NCBI GenBank assembly: GCA_003153275.1
Contig: PLXX01000072.1
Coordinates: 1,661-52,981, forward strand
Origin: Nitrospiraceae bacterium
GTDB taxonomy: Bacteria > Nitrospirota > Thermodesulfovibrionia > Thermodesulfovibrionales > UBA6898
Direction of reading: 5' to 3'
Length of the DNA: 51,321 bases
Shown: positions 35,925-45,112 of the stretch, piece after piece
Layout: each line of letters starts with the position of its first letter
Position numbering within the stretch: position 1 is the first letter of the stretch
Position numbers and translations under genes: made by a program
The notes under the pieces: generated by a model
What the model was told of the DNA's origin: nothing
Database searches by the model: none
The model's input: the letters and a program-made list of their open reading frames with translations, nothing else

Positions 35925-37728
35925 TCGTATCGCCTGATAATACTCGTTTTTCGATCAGCAGCACCTTGTCTGCGATCTCCAGCAGTGTTGTATCATGCGA
36001 GATGAGGAAGGTGGTCTTATCTGCTGCCAGTCTTTTGATCGACTCCTTGATCAGCTCTTCAGAGGCTGAATCCAGTGCAGAGGTCGGCTCGTCAAGTACA
36101 AGGACCGGAGCATTCCTGATGAACGCCCTTGCAATCGAGATCCTCTGACGCTGGCCTGCAGACAGTTTGAGTCCCCGTTCGCCGATGATGGCGTCATAGC
36201 CGCCAAGTAACTGTATGATCTCGTTATGGACATTGGCCATCCGCGCCGCACGTTTCACATCATCCCTTGATGCCGCGGGGTTGCCATACCGGATATTCTT
36301 TTCGATCGTGTCATTGAAGAGAAAGACCTCTTGGGACACCACCGCGATCTGCTGTCTGAGCCACTGAGTATCGAGATCCTGCAGGTTGCGGCCGTCAAGC
36401 AGGATCATGCCCGTCTCCGGCTGATAAAACTTCAGCAGAAGGTTTATCAGAGTGGTCTTTCCAGACCCGCTGGGCCCTGAAAGCCCTATCACCTCCCCGG
36501 GAGCTGCAGAAAAACTGATGTTGTCAAGAATCACCTGTCCCGGTGTATACGAGAAGGAAACGTTTTTGAACCTGACGGCTCCTTCGACCTTCGTCGGCTT
36601 CAATAAGGCGGCAGTGCGCCCTGTCTGTATGAACTCGTGGTCGAGCAGAAAAAGCTCCCGGATCCTCGCGAGGGAGGCGAAGGACGGCTGGAGCATCAGC
36701 TGATACATTAAAAGGCTGTGGACTGCACCTGATATGAAGTACATATACGACGTAAAGGCAACATAGTCCCCAATGCTCATACTGCCCTTCCTGAGCTCAT
36801 CAGCTCCGATCCAGATCACCACAATCATGGATATGAAGCGTGCGCTGCTGACCGCATACCCGGAGAGCAGAGAGAGGATCATGCCCTTTATCCGGGTGTT
36901 CAGGGCAGTCCGTATTCTGCCGGAAGCCTTTTGTACCTCGCCGGCTTCGTCTGCATGGGTTTTGACTGTTTCGATACCCGAGAGTGTCTCCTGGATGCCA
37001 GCCTCAACCTGTGCGCTGGTTTCGCGTTCTGCATAGCTTATGCTCATATATCTGCGGGAGAAGAAATGATTGATGAACATAAACAGCGGCAGGATCAGGA
37101 GGAAGATAACGGTCAGCTTGACGCTCAGCAGAAACGCCAGCGCCATCCCGAAGATGAGGTAGGCCCCCTGTGTGATAACCTGAGAAAGGCTGTCTGAAAA
37201 GAGCGTCTGGAGTGCCTCGATGTCATCGGAGAGCCTGGCTGTCAGATAACCAGTCTCCTTCCCGCGGAAGAAGATGAGCGGGAACCTCAGGACATGTTCG
37301 AAGAGGGAGGTGCGGAGGTTATAGGTTATCTCTTGCTGGAACCGTATCATCAGGATTCCCTGGATGATGCCGGCGCCGCCGATGAATGCGCCGCCGATCA
37401 GCAGGGCTGTTATGAGAAACCGCACTGAGCTGAGCAGGTTTTTTGCCTGGCCGGCATAATGGCTGAGGCCGATTGTCGACATCAAGGCATCGACCTGGCC
37501 GAAACCAGTCTTCAGGATGACAAAGTCTATCAGGAATTTGCTGCTGAGCGGCATCAGCGAATTGATGCCCGAGACCGCTAGGGCCAGGACAAGGCTTATC
37601 AGGCCCGTCTGCCAGATCGGCCGTACGAAGCGGAAGAAAAAAGGAAGGTCCCCCAGGCTGAAGTCTGTCCAGGCAGGAGCAGCACCCTGTGTGCTGAAGA
37701 TCTCTTTTATCTGATCAAGTCGTATCAT
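35884..37728 (-). CDS. MsbA/PglK-type ABC exporter (fused 6-TM permease plus ATPase)
   Basis: Walker [10 protein letters not shown], signature LSAGQRQR, Walker [14 protein letters not shown]-loop ISHD. There is an N-terminal 6-TM domain and no C39 peptidase domain. The 3' end overlaps manB by 41 nt (convergent). Confidence 0.9.
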   Translation of the reverse strand: MIRLDQIKEIFSTQGAAPAWTDFSLGDLPFFFRFVRPIWQTGLISLVLALAVSGINSLMPLSSKFLIDFVILKTGFGQVDALMSTIGLSHYAGQAKNLLSSVRFLITALLIGGAFIGGAGIIQGILMIRFQQEITYNLRTSLFEHVLRFPLIFFRGKETGYLTARLSDDIEALQTLFSDSLSQVITQGAYLIFGMALAFLLSVKLTVIFLLILPLFMFINHFFSRRYMSISYAERETSAQVEAGIQETLSGIETVKTHADEAGEVQKASGRIRTALNTRIKGMILSLLSGYAVSSARFISMIVVIWIGADELRKGSMSIGDYVAFTSYMYFISGAVHSLLMYQLMLQPSFASLARIRELFLLDHEFIQTGRTAALLKPTKVEGAVRFKNVSFSYTPGQVILDNISFSAAPGEVIGLSGPSGSGKTTLINLLLKFYQPETGMILLDGRNLQDLDTQWLRQQIAVVSQEVFLFNDTIEKNIRYGNPAASRDDVKRAARMANVHNEIIQLLGGYDAIIGERGLKLSAGQRQRISIARAFIRNAPVLVLDEPTSALDSASEELIKESIKRLAADKTTFLISHDTTLLEIADKVLLIEKRVLSGDTIKNYQEGKESQQF

Positions 37729-37785
37729 TATCGAAGCATGGTTGAATCAAGTTTGAAGGGCGCGTGCCCTGTCCTCGTCCGGCTG

Positions 37786-38343
37786 TCAATCCTTGAGGTT
37801 CTTCTCGACAAACTGCGCCAGGACCTCATGTATCTTGACCGGCGGTGAGACGCCAAAATAGTGGTCTATGATCATATGCGCCAGTTCATGGGCCAGCACC
37901 CCGAGCCGGACATCACTCACGGATACATAGATGGTCTTCTCTTTGGGGGCATAGAATGAGATGAAATCGACGTTTCTGTTATAGCGGGCTTTGTATACCT
38001 TCTGGACCTCGGTGTCTGAGGACAGCAGTACGATCCTGACCTTCGCATCTTTGGGATACATGTCCAGCACGACCTCGACGCGTTCGACGAGCACATCCAT
38101 CTTATTCCTGATCTCATCGTCCGAGGTGATGCTCCTCATATTGCGCATCAGGTATGAGAGGCTGCCGAGTGAAATCTCCTTATTAAACGTCCGGAGCAGG
38201 TCCTCTCTTTCGTACACAAGAGTGGCGTAGCGGGAGGTCAGTTCAAAACCGTGAGAGACGGATGCTGAGATGAAAAATATTAAAGCTATAATGGCAGCTC
38301 TTACGATACATCTTTCCAAGCATCTTTCCACATTTAGACGCAT
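37786..38343 (-). CDS. Exported or membrane-anchored HExxH-motif protein (putative zinc metallopeptidase-like)
   Basis: N-terminal hydrophobic segment (AAIIALIFFISASV) and GVLAHELAHMIIDHYFG. I recognise no closer family. Confidence 0.5.
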   Translation of the reverse strand: MRLNVERCLERCIVRAAIIALIFFISASVSHGFELTSRYATLVYEREDLLRTFNKEISLGSLSYLMRNMRSITSDDEIRNKMDVLVERVEVVLDMYPKDAKVRIVLLSSDTEVQKVYKARYNRNVDFISFYAPKEKTIYVSVSDVRLGVLAHELAHMIIDHYFGVSPPVKIHEVLAQFVEKNLKD

Positions 38344-38345
38344 AG

Positions 38346-38939
38346 CTATTGGTCATGCGTGAGCTTGTAATTCCTGAGTCTTAGGAGCTGTTTTTCTGAG
38401 AGTTCAGAGGCCTCGGACAGGGCATGGCGGATCTCTTCAGGATCTGCAGACCCCTCGGCCCGGGCCAGATTGTTCCTGATGGCTTCTGTTGTTTCAATAA
38501 ACTGTCGCGTGTCCGCAGATATCTTTGCATTGTACTGATTGAAGAGCGTGGCAACTTCCTTCGCCTCGTCATTGGTCCGGAGTCTTATGACGAACGAATG
38601 GTCTCCGATGAGCATCCCTTCAAGCGTTTTCTCAAACCGGTAAAGCGGCCCGGCAAGGCGGTGCGTGACAAACAGCGCGAGGACAACAATAAAAAAGCCG
38701 CCAGTGAGAAGAAATATCCAGTTCGCACGCAACAGCTCCTTCACCAGCACAAACGGTGTTTTCCCGAGATTCAGGCTGTTATCTTTGTAGGTAATGGTCA
38801 TGGAGTCAGCGGTCAGCATACTGAAGATGGCGGTGAAGAGGAGGCACGCGAAGAGCACGGCCACGAAGATCGTAAAGATATACTGCCCCTGCAGGTCTTT
38901 CTTTATAAAGTAGTTCCGGCGTCTCCAGTTTCTCCCCAT
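38346..38939 (-). CDS. Two-TM membrane protein with a HAMP domain and no recognisable output domain
   Basis: RRRNYFIKKDLQGQY then TM1, a ~40-aa loop, TM2, then HRLAGPLYRFEKTLEGMLIGD...NDEAKEVATLFN (HAMP-like) and a helical tail. Confidence 0.6.
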   Translation of the reverse strand: MGRNWRRRNYFIKKDLQGQYIFTIFVAVLFACLLFTAIFSMLTADSMTITYKDNSLNLGKTPFVLVKELLRANWIFLLTGGFFIVVLALFVTHRLAGPLYRFEKTLEGMLIGDHSFVIRLRTNDEAKEVATLFNQYNAKISADTRQFIETTEAIRNNLARAEGSADPEEIRHALSEASELSEKQLLRLRNYKLTHDQ

Positions 38940-38951
38940 AATACCCCTTGG

Positions 38952-39698
38952 TCAGTCCTCTTTCACGAGATTCCTGATTGTTGCTTTTGCCCTGAGGTCG
39001 GTCATCCACTGCTCTATCGCCTGCTTTTTCCTCTGCTGCGTGAGGATGAGCCTGACTGTTTCCTTGTTCAGTGTGGCTGACATATTATCCTGCCGCAGTT
39101 CTGTTTTATCGAGGCGAACGACCAGATACGCTTTTCCCGCCCTGAACGGGCTGGTGCTTTCTCCCTCGGTCAGTGCAAAGACTTTTTCCCTCATGTCTTC
39201 AGAGAGGTCCTGATAGCAGACAATCTTTGTCTCCTTTTCGAGAAAACGGCCGGCTGCGGCAGCGACTTCGTCCGTCGCGCTCGATATGGTCAGGTGAAGT
39301 TGTTTTGTCTGCAGGTCTCTATAGCGTTCAATATCGCGATCACTTACTTCGACCGGCAGTTTCGCAAATTTCCTGTCCATGAGAAGCTTGATCAGGGACT
39401 GCTCGTAGAAGTTCTGAATCGAGAGGCGAAAGTCTTCATTCTTGTCAATACCCTCCTGCTGCGCCTCTTGGATCATCAGTTCCTTCATAATCAGTGCATT
39501 GATGAAATCAGTCTTGCTGGAAATCTGAGTCGATCCGGATGCGTAGAGCCTTTTGAACTCATCCGTGGATACTATCTTTTTATTGATGATCAGGGCGGCA
39601 TCCTTTTCCGGTCGGGAAGATTTCCCCGCGGTAATCTGGTACCCGACGACTGCGGTTACCAGCGACACAATGAGGATAATATAATAGATATATTTCAT
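38952..39698 (-). CDS. SurA/PrsA-like periplasmic chaperone or PPIase-like protein (EpsD-family-like)
   Basis: N-terminal anchor (IYYIILIVSLVTAVV). SurA_N-like IINKKIVSTDEFKRLY...NALIMKELMIQEAQQEGIDKNEDF. A degenerate parvulin-like C-terminal half (...SPFRAGKAYLVVRL). Confidence 0.55.
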   Translation of the reverse strand: MKYIYYIILIVSLVTAVVGYQITAGKSSRPEKDAALIINKKIVSTDEFKRLYASGSTQISSKTDFINALIMKELMIQEAQQEGIDKNEDFRLSIQNFYEQSLIKLLMDRKFAKLPVEVSDRDIERYRDLQTKQLHLTISSATDEVAAAAGRFLEKETKIVCYQDLSEDMREKVFALTEGESTSPFRAGKAYLVVRLDKTELRQDNMSATLNKETVRLILTQQRKKQAIEQWMTDLRAKATIRNLVKED

Positions 39699-39725
39699 GC
39701 GATAGTGTATGGGCCTGCTGTTGAA

Positions 39726-39754
39726 AGTATATCAGAGGCAGGGGAAAAAGACAA
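39726..39754 (-). promoter_or_regulatory. Candidate sigma70 promoter of the minus-strand four-gene operon
   Basis: On the minus strand: TTGTCT, 17-nt spacer, TATACT. It lies ~28 nt upstream of the ATG at 39698, so the leader is short and no clear SD is seen. Confidence 0.35.
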
Positions 39755-39826
39755 AGCTAGGGAGTGATGCCGATCGGAAAACTGACCCGCACACTGACCG
39801 GATTTACCGGAGGTCTATAACAAAAT

Positions 39827-39856
39827 TTGGTATTGCCTATAAGTAGTTATTATGAT
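39827..39856 (+). promoter_or_regulatory. Candidate sigma70 promoter of the export operon
   Basis: TTGGTA (39827-39832), 18-nt spacer, TATGAT (39851-39856). Two ACTGACC direct repeats lie upstream (39781-39787 and 39793-39799). Confidence 0.3.
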
Positions 39857-39907
39857 ATACTAACATTAGGAGAATAAAAGATTTTATATTAACTTGAAAG
39901 GGATTAA

Positions 39908-40399
39908 ATGGGAAGGTTTTGGGTAATATTTTCAGCCTTAATTTTTGCCGGTGCTCTGTTTATGGCTTTGGAGCTTACAGCGCAAGGTGCTGATGTCAAG
40001 ACGGTTATAACACAGCAGCTTTCGTTGTCACAGGATATCTGCTCTGCCGTAAAGACCTGCATCAGTGAAGGGAATAATACCAAGGAGACCGTAAAAATTG
40101 CGATCAGCATGGGACATGGGGCCTGTTACTGTCAGGTTATCAAGTGCTCGCTTGATGTAGGCGCCAGCCTTGAGCAGATAATTTTCGGAGCCATAGAGGC
40201 AGGGATCTCTTCAGATGTCATATCTCGTTGCGCAGTTGATGCAGGTGCACGGCCGGCTGATGTTGCCAGGGTTCTTGGGCGCGGCGATGCTCCTGGCCTC
40301 GGCTATTCTGATCCGCCTGTCACCGGAGTCACCCCCGTCCCGACGGGTTTTAATAACAACAGTACGCCCAAAGTGTTCATCAGTCCGTCGAGCTTTTGA
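39908..40399 (+). CDS. Small secreted Cys-rich protein of unknown function with three internal ~27-aa repeats and a Pro/Thr/Ser-rich tail
   Basis: Signal-peptide-like MGRFWVIFSALIFAGALFMALELTAQG. Repeats: ICSAVKTCISEGNNTKETVKIAISMG, CYCQVIKCSLDVGASLEQIIFGAIEAG and ISSDVISRCAVDAGARPADVARVL. Tail: PPVTGVTPVPTGFNNNSTPKVFISPSSF. Confidence 0.5.
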   Translation: MGRFWVIFSALIFAGALFMALELTAQGADVKTVITQQLSLSQDICSAVKTCISEGNNTKETVKIAISMGHGACYCQVIKCSLDVGASLEQIIFGAIEAGISSDVISRCAVDAGARPADVARVLGRGDAPGLGYSDPPVTGVTPVPTGFNNNSTPKVFISPSSF

Positions 40400-40422
40400 T
40401 ATCATCTGTCATCCATCACGAC

Positions 40423-41823
40423 ATGATGAGTGAACGATTCTATGCATTTCTTATAGCGGCAATAGTTGTAGCTATTTCGTGTTCTTCTGCGTATGCTGAG
40501 CAGGCTCCGGGACCGAAGGACGGTGATAGTACTGCACTAACAGCGAGCCAGCCTGTAGCAGCGGAAGAACAGCCTGCTGCCGTAAAGCTCTCAAACGAAG
40601 AGCCGGCCCCCTCAGGAAGCAGCAAGACCTCCTCTGATATTCTTGGAAAAGTGAGGAGTGGATACGTACATCCTTTCATATCTATTACTGAATCTTTCAA
40701 TGACAATATCTTTTACACCCCGGATAACAAAATATCAGATTTTGATACGCTTCTCTCCCCTGGCATCTGGATAGCCGTGCCGCGACTCAAAGAGAGGGAG
40801 GTCCCTGCCATCGAGACAGCAACCATGACTCCCGGCGGTCTCGCCATGAGCAGCTTTCCGACCAAATACCCCGGCAGCTACCAGACCTATCTGCTCTACA
40901 GGGCTGACATCGAGAGATATTTGAGGAACTCTTCGGAAAATACTACGAGTCATACCCTTGAAGGCGCGTTTCAGTATAACTTTAGGGGGGGGCTGTCGGT
41001 TGATGTTGATGACCAGTTCCTGAAGTCACACAACCCCAGAGCGACCAGCGAGTTTTCTGAACTCGACAAGTTTCAGTCGAATTACTTCAGCACGGTGCTC
41101 AGATATGAGTTAGGGGACAGAACTCTTCTGAGACTTGATTATGGACACTACGGCATTCAGTATACATCAGTGGACAACGACTTCAGAGACCGTGCCGACA
41201 ATGCTGTCGCTGCCTATATTTTTTATAAACTGAGGTCAAGGCTTGCGGTCTTCATTGAGTATGACTATATCAGGGTGCGATATGAACAAGATGTCTTATC
41301 AGACAGCACGGAACATCATGTGTTTGCAGGAGTCCGCTGGGACATCACCGCGAGGTCGAAGGGTATGGTGAAGGTAGGCTACGGCATAAAGGACTTTGAA
41401 AACCCGGCGCTGGCTAATCACGGCGATTTAATTTTAGAGGCACAGTTTGACCACCAGTTTACGCCGAAGAGATCTGTTCAGCTGACCGCATCACGGAAGA
41501 CGAATGAGACAGACATTGCAGGCACGGACTTCATCATCTCCGACAAGTTACGGGCTGCCTATACACAGCGGCTTGCCACTAAAATCACCGGTACAGTGGA
41601 CCTGTCATATACGGATGACGAATACCAGGATGTGATTACGATCGGGAGCGAGACAAATAAACTGAGGAACAAGTATTACAATGCAGGGGCTGCCTTGCGG
41701 TATGACTTCAGGGATTGGCTGAAGTTCGATGCCGGGTTAACGTACTCAAAGAGGGTCTCGAACTTCTCAGATTTTGATTATGTGAACAAAACTATATTTA
41801 TAAGGCTTACGGCAACTCTTTAA
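40423..41823 (+). CDS. Outer-membrane beta-barrel protein associated with polysaccharide export (BBP2/EpsL-like)
   Basis: Signal peptide MMSERFYAFLIAAIVVAISCSSAYA and an Ala/Pro/Glu-rich linker. It continues with ~380 aa of alternating beta-strand patterns with aromatic girdle residues (YRADIERY, LRYELGD, LRLDYGHY, AALRYDF, GLTYSKR). Confidence 0.65.
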   Translation: MMSERFYAFLIAAIVVAISCSSAYAEQAPGPKDGDSTALTASQPVAAEEQPAAVKLSNEEPAPSGSSKTSSDILGKVRSGYVHPFISITESFNDNIFYTPDNKISDFDTLLSPGIWIAVPRLKEREVPAIETATMTPGGLAMSSFPTKYPGSYQTYLLYRADIERYLRNSSENTTSHTLEGAFQYNFRGGLSVDVDDQFLKSHNPRATSEFSELDKFQSNYFSTVLRYELGDRTLLRLDYGHYGIQYTSVDNDFRDRADNAVAAYIFYKLRSRLAVFIEYDYIRVRYEQDVLSDSTEHHVFAGVRWDITARSKGMVKVGYGIKDFENPALANHGDLILEAQFDHQFTPKRSVQLTASRKTNETDIAGTDFIISDKLRAAYTQRLATKITGTVDLSYTDDEYQDVITIGSETNKLRNKYYNAGAALRYDFRDWLKFDAGLTYSKRVSNFSDFDYVNKTIFIRLTATL

Positions 41824-41904
41824 TTTTCCTCAGCTTTTTTGCCGGGCAGTACTGGTTGGGCTTGTTTCCCCCGTTTGGATGATATATAATCAGACAGTAC
41901 AAAC

Positions 41905-42717
41905 ATGAATAAAATCACTTTCTTTTTAGTTATTATAATCTGCGTGTGCATATGCTCCGGCAGTGTTGGATATGCTGCCTCGAGTCCGGATTATATTGTT
42001 GGCGACGGCGATCTTCTGAGGATCACTGTATATGATAACGCCGATCTCCTGACGATTGTCCGGGTCGGTGGGGAGGGGACCATTCTCTTCCCGCTCATCG
42101 GACAGGTGAAGGTTGACGGCTTGTCGGTGACCTCAGTTGCATCGAAGATAGAGGTGATGCTCGCCCAGGGCTATATTGTTTCTCCGCATGTCTCAGTCTT
42201 CATCGAGGAATACAGGAGTCAGCGGGCCACGATCATGGGACAGGTGAACAAGCCGGGATTATATGAGCTCAAGGGGTATACTACCTTTCTGGAGGTCCTT
42301 TCCAAGGCAGGTGATCTTACCAAAGATGCCGGCGACAAGGCTTTCATAAAAAGAAAGGCCGAGTCTGCCGACAAGATGGAAAAAACTATTGTCATAGATC
42401 TGAAGCGGTTGGTTGAAAGAGGCGATACGTCACAGGACCAGCCGATTATTGATGGGGACAGCATCTATGTCACCAAGGCCGGGACCTTTTATGTGACCGG
42501 CGAGGTCAGAAAGCCTGATTCGTATAAAATTATAGAGGAAGGTACCACGGTTCTGAAGGCCATAACCATGGCGGGCGGATTCACAGATAAAGCGTCTACC
42601 GGCAGGGTGAAGATCATAAGGAAAGTCAATGGGAAAGAGGAGCTGCTCGAGCGGGTGAAACTCGATGTGCTGATACTCCCCGACGATGTAATTGTTGTTC
42701 CGGAGAGTTTTTTCTAG
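41905..42717 (+). CDS. Polysaccharide export protein (Wza/EpsE-like: Poly_export plus SLBB domains)
   Basis: Signal peptide. YIVGDGDLLRITVYDNADL...ILFPLIGQVKVDGLSVTSVASKIEVML...VSVFIEEYRSQRATIMGQVNKPGLYEL...GDSIYV. Confidence 0.88.
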   Translation: MNKITFFLVIIICVCICSGSVGYAASSPDYIVGDGDLLRITVYDNADLLTIVRVGGEGTILFPLIGQVKVDGLSVTSVASKIEVMLAQGYIVSPHVSVFIEEYRSQRATIMGQVNKPGLYELKGYTTFLEVLSKAGDLTKDAGDKAFIKRKAESADKMEKTIVIDLKRLVERGDTSQDQPIIDGDSIYVTKAGTFYVTGEVRKPDSYKIIEEGTTVLKAITMAGGFTDKASTGRVKIIRKVNGKEELLERVKLDVLILPDDVIVVPESFF

Positions 42718-42831
42718 AATATAAATGTACCGGTTGTCGTATGGTTTATTATCCCGGCCTGTCAGGGATACTTTTTTAACGAAACCAGGCAGTCGGGAAT
42801 GACTCTGAAACAGGAGAGCTTGGAGGTGATC

Positions 42832-45063
42832 ATGAACGGGCAGACGATTGAAGAGAAAGAGATACATCTCAGGGACTACCTGAGAATTATCAATAAGCGC
42901 AGGCAGATCGTCTACACTTTTTTTGCGGTCGTGTTTGTCCTGGTGGTTGTGGGGACTTTTTCCACGACTCCGATTTACAGCGCCTCGACAAGGCTCCTGA
43001 TAGAGAAGGCGGAAACGAGCAACGTCATGAACAACACTGAGTTCTATAGCTATGATGCTGAGTTTTATCCGACCCAGTACGAGCTGATTAAGAGTTCATC
43101 GGTTACCCGGAAGGTCGTGGACACGCTCGGACTAGACAAGAATTTAGACAGCTATTTTAACATCGACCCGAAGCGCCGCTCTGTTATCACCAAGATGGCA
43201 GGCGGACTGTCAACGTTCATCGCTACTGTGTTCAGGACAAAGGGACTGGAGAACCTTCGGGAAAAAGAAGACCCCGACAAAAAGGCTGACGCGATAGCAA
43301 AGACCATCAGCAGCGGGATTGTTGTGACCCCCGTGAAGAATAGCAAGATCGTCGATATCAGCTATTTTTCGCCCAACCCGGAACTGGCCTGCTCTGTTGT
43401 GAATGCTCTTGCCAGGTCCTACATCGAAGATCTGCTTGATCTTAATATGAGTTCAACAAAATATACTCTTGACTGGCTGACGAAGAAGGCTGAAGAGGAA
43501 AAAACAACTGTTGCGAAATCTGAAAAGACGCTGCAGGAATATCAGAAGAGCCAGAATTTTGTTACTCTCGAGAACAAGGAGACTATTATCCCTCAGAAGA
43601 TGGCAGAATTGAACAACAGGCTGCTAAGTGCAGAGTCAAAGAGGAGGGAGTTGGAGGCCCTCTATAAAAAGGTGCAGGAAGTAACCTCCAACCTCGGCAA
43701 CGCAGAAAACATTAGTGCGATAGCGACAGACCCCACACTGCAGAGCCTCCGGCAGCAAATCATAATGGCTGAGCAGGATGTCACCGAGCGTTCGCAGAAA
43801 CTCGGCCAGAAGCATCCGGCCCTGATACGGGCAAAGGAGGACCTCGACAGCCTGAAGATGAAGCGGGAGCAGGAAATTAAGAGGGTCATTGAGTCTATAA
43901 AAAACGAATACGAGCTTGCGGGGGCTAATGTAGCCAGTTTCAAAAAATCCCTTGCCGAGGCAAAGGGTGAGGCCCTGAACCTCAATGAAAAGGCAATGGA
44001 ATTTGGGGTTCTCAATCGGGAGGTGGAGACGAACAGGCAGCTCTATGATGTGCTGGTGAAGCGGATGAAGGAGCAGAGCATCTCCGAGAAGACACGGACT
44101 GTCAATGTCCTGATCATCGAAAAGGCCGAGGTGCCAAGTTCACCGGTAAAACCCAGAAAAGCTCAGAACATCCTGCTTGGTCTTATCCTGGGCCTGTTCG
44201 GCGGAGTCGCCATGGCATTTTTTGTCGAATACCTTGACCAGACCATTAAGTCGCCTGACGATGCTGAGGCAAAACTCGGCGTTGCAGTGCTCGGTCTGAT
44301 CCCTCTTGTTAATAGCGGGGAGCATGATGTTGATAAAATTGTCATGACGGATCCGAATTCGCTCATCGCCGAGAGCTTCAAGGCGATCAGGACCTCTCTG
44401 CTGCTTTCCTCTGCAGAGAAATCGCCTAAGCGCGTACTGATTACCAGTCCCGGACCAGGAGAGGGCAAGACGTCGATCTCGATCAACCTTGCGGCTGCGA
44501 TAGCACAAACAGGCTATTCGGTGCTACTTATCGACGCAGACCTGAGAAGGCCCCGAATCGCAAAGGTGCTGGGTCTGAGCAATACGAAAGGCCTGAGCAC
44601 GTATCTTGCGGGAGCATCTGATATGGACGTCATACAGGATGGGCCGATTACCAACCTGAGCATCATAACCTCCGGGCCAATTCCGCCGAACCCTTCAGAG
44701 CTCCTGGGGTCAAAGAGGATGGCTGAGATGATCGAGACCCTGAGCGAAAAATATGACATTGTTATCTGCGACTCACCCCCGCTGTTGTCCGTCGCTGACA
44801 CCCTCATGCTCGATAATATCCTTGATGCTGTGATTATTGTTACCAGGGGCGGAAAGACGAGCTATGAAGATGTTCGAAACGGCCTGAAATCTTTGTCTGG
44901 CCTCAAGGCGCAAGTTCTGGGAATTATCATCAACGCACTTGACATCAAGAAAAACAACTATTACTATTATCAATATAAAAATTACTACTATTCATCTGAC
45001 GAGACTTCGGACGACAAGATTTCCAGAGAGACAAAAAAGGCAGCACACAAAAAGAAAGTCTAG
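42832..45063 (+). CDS. Wzc-like polysaccharide co-polymerase fused to a BY-tyrosine autokinase
   Basis: Wzz/GumC-type N-terminus (LRDYLRIINKRRQIV plus TM), a long coiled coil and a second TM. Walker A SPGPGEGKTSISINLA, A' LLIDADLRRP, B DIVICDSPP. C-terminal Tyr cluster NNYYYYQYKNYYY. A GGAGGTG RBS lies 4 nt before the ATG at 42832. Confidence 0.9.
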   Translation: MNGQTIEEKEIHLRDYLRIINKRRQIVYTFFAVVFVLVVVGTFSTTPIYSASTRLLIEKAETSNVMNNTEFYSYDAEFYPTQYELIKSSSVTRKVVDTLGLDKNLDSYFNIDPKRRSVITKMAGGLSTFIATVFRTKGLENLREKEDPDKKADAIAKTISSGIVVTPVKNSKIVDISYFSPNPELACSVVNALARSYIEDLLDLNMSSTKYTLDWLTKKAEEEKTTVAKSEKTLQEYQKSQNFVTLENKETIIPQKMAELNNRLLSAESKRRELEALYKKVQEVTSNLGNAENISAIATDPTLQSLRQQIIMAEQDVTERSQKLGQKHPALIRAKEDLDSLKMKREQEIKRVIESIKNEYELAGANVASFKKSLAEAKGEALNLNEKAMEFGVLNREVETNRQLYDVLVKRMKEQSISEKTRTVNVLIIEKAEVPSSPVKPRKAQNILLGLILGLFGGVAMAFFVEYLDQTIKSPDDAEAKLGVAVLGLIPLVNSGEHDVDKIVMTDPNSLIAESFKAIRTSLLLSSAEKSPKRVLITSPGPGEGKTSISINLAAAIAQTGYSVLLIDADLRRPRIAKVLGLSNTKGLSTYLAGASDMDVIQDGPITNLSIITSGPIPPNPSELLGSKRMAEMIETLSEKYDIVICDSPPLLSVADTLMLDNILDAVIIVTRGGKTSYEDVRNGLKSLSGLKAQVLGIIINALDIKKNNYYYYQYKNYYYSSDETSDDKISRETKKAAHKKKV

Positions 45064-45112
45064 TGCCGTGTCGCATAATGAACGGGATTCCTGACGTTAT
45101 GGTGATCAGATA

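Noticed and set aside
38424-39080. 218-aa plus-strand ORF antisense to the HAMP and SurA-like genes
   Set aside because: It is Arg/Glu/Pro-rich, spans a gene junction on the other strand and has no motifs. It is a typical shadow ORF.
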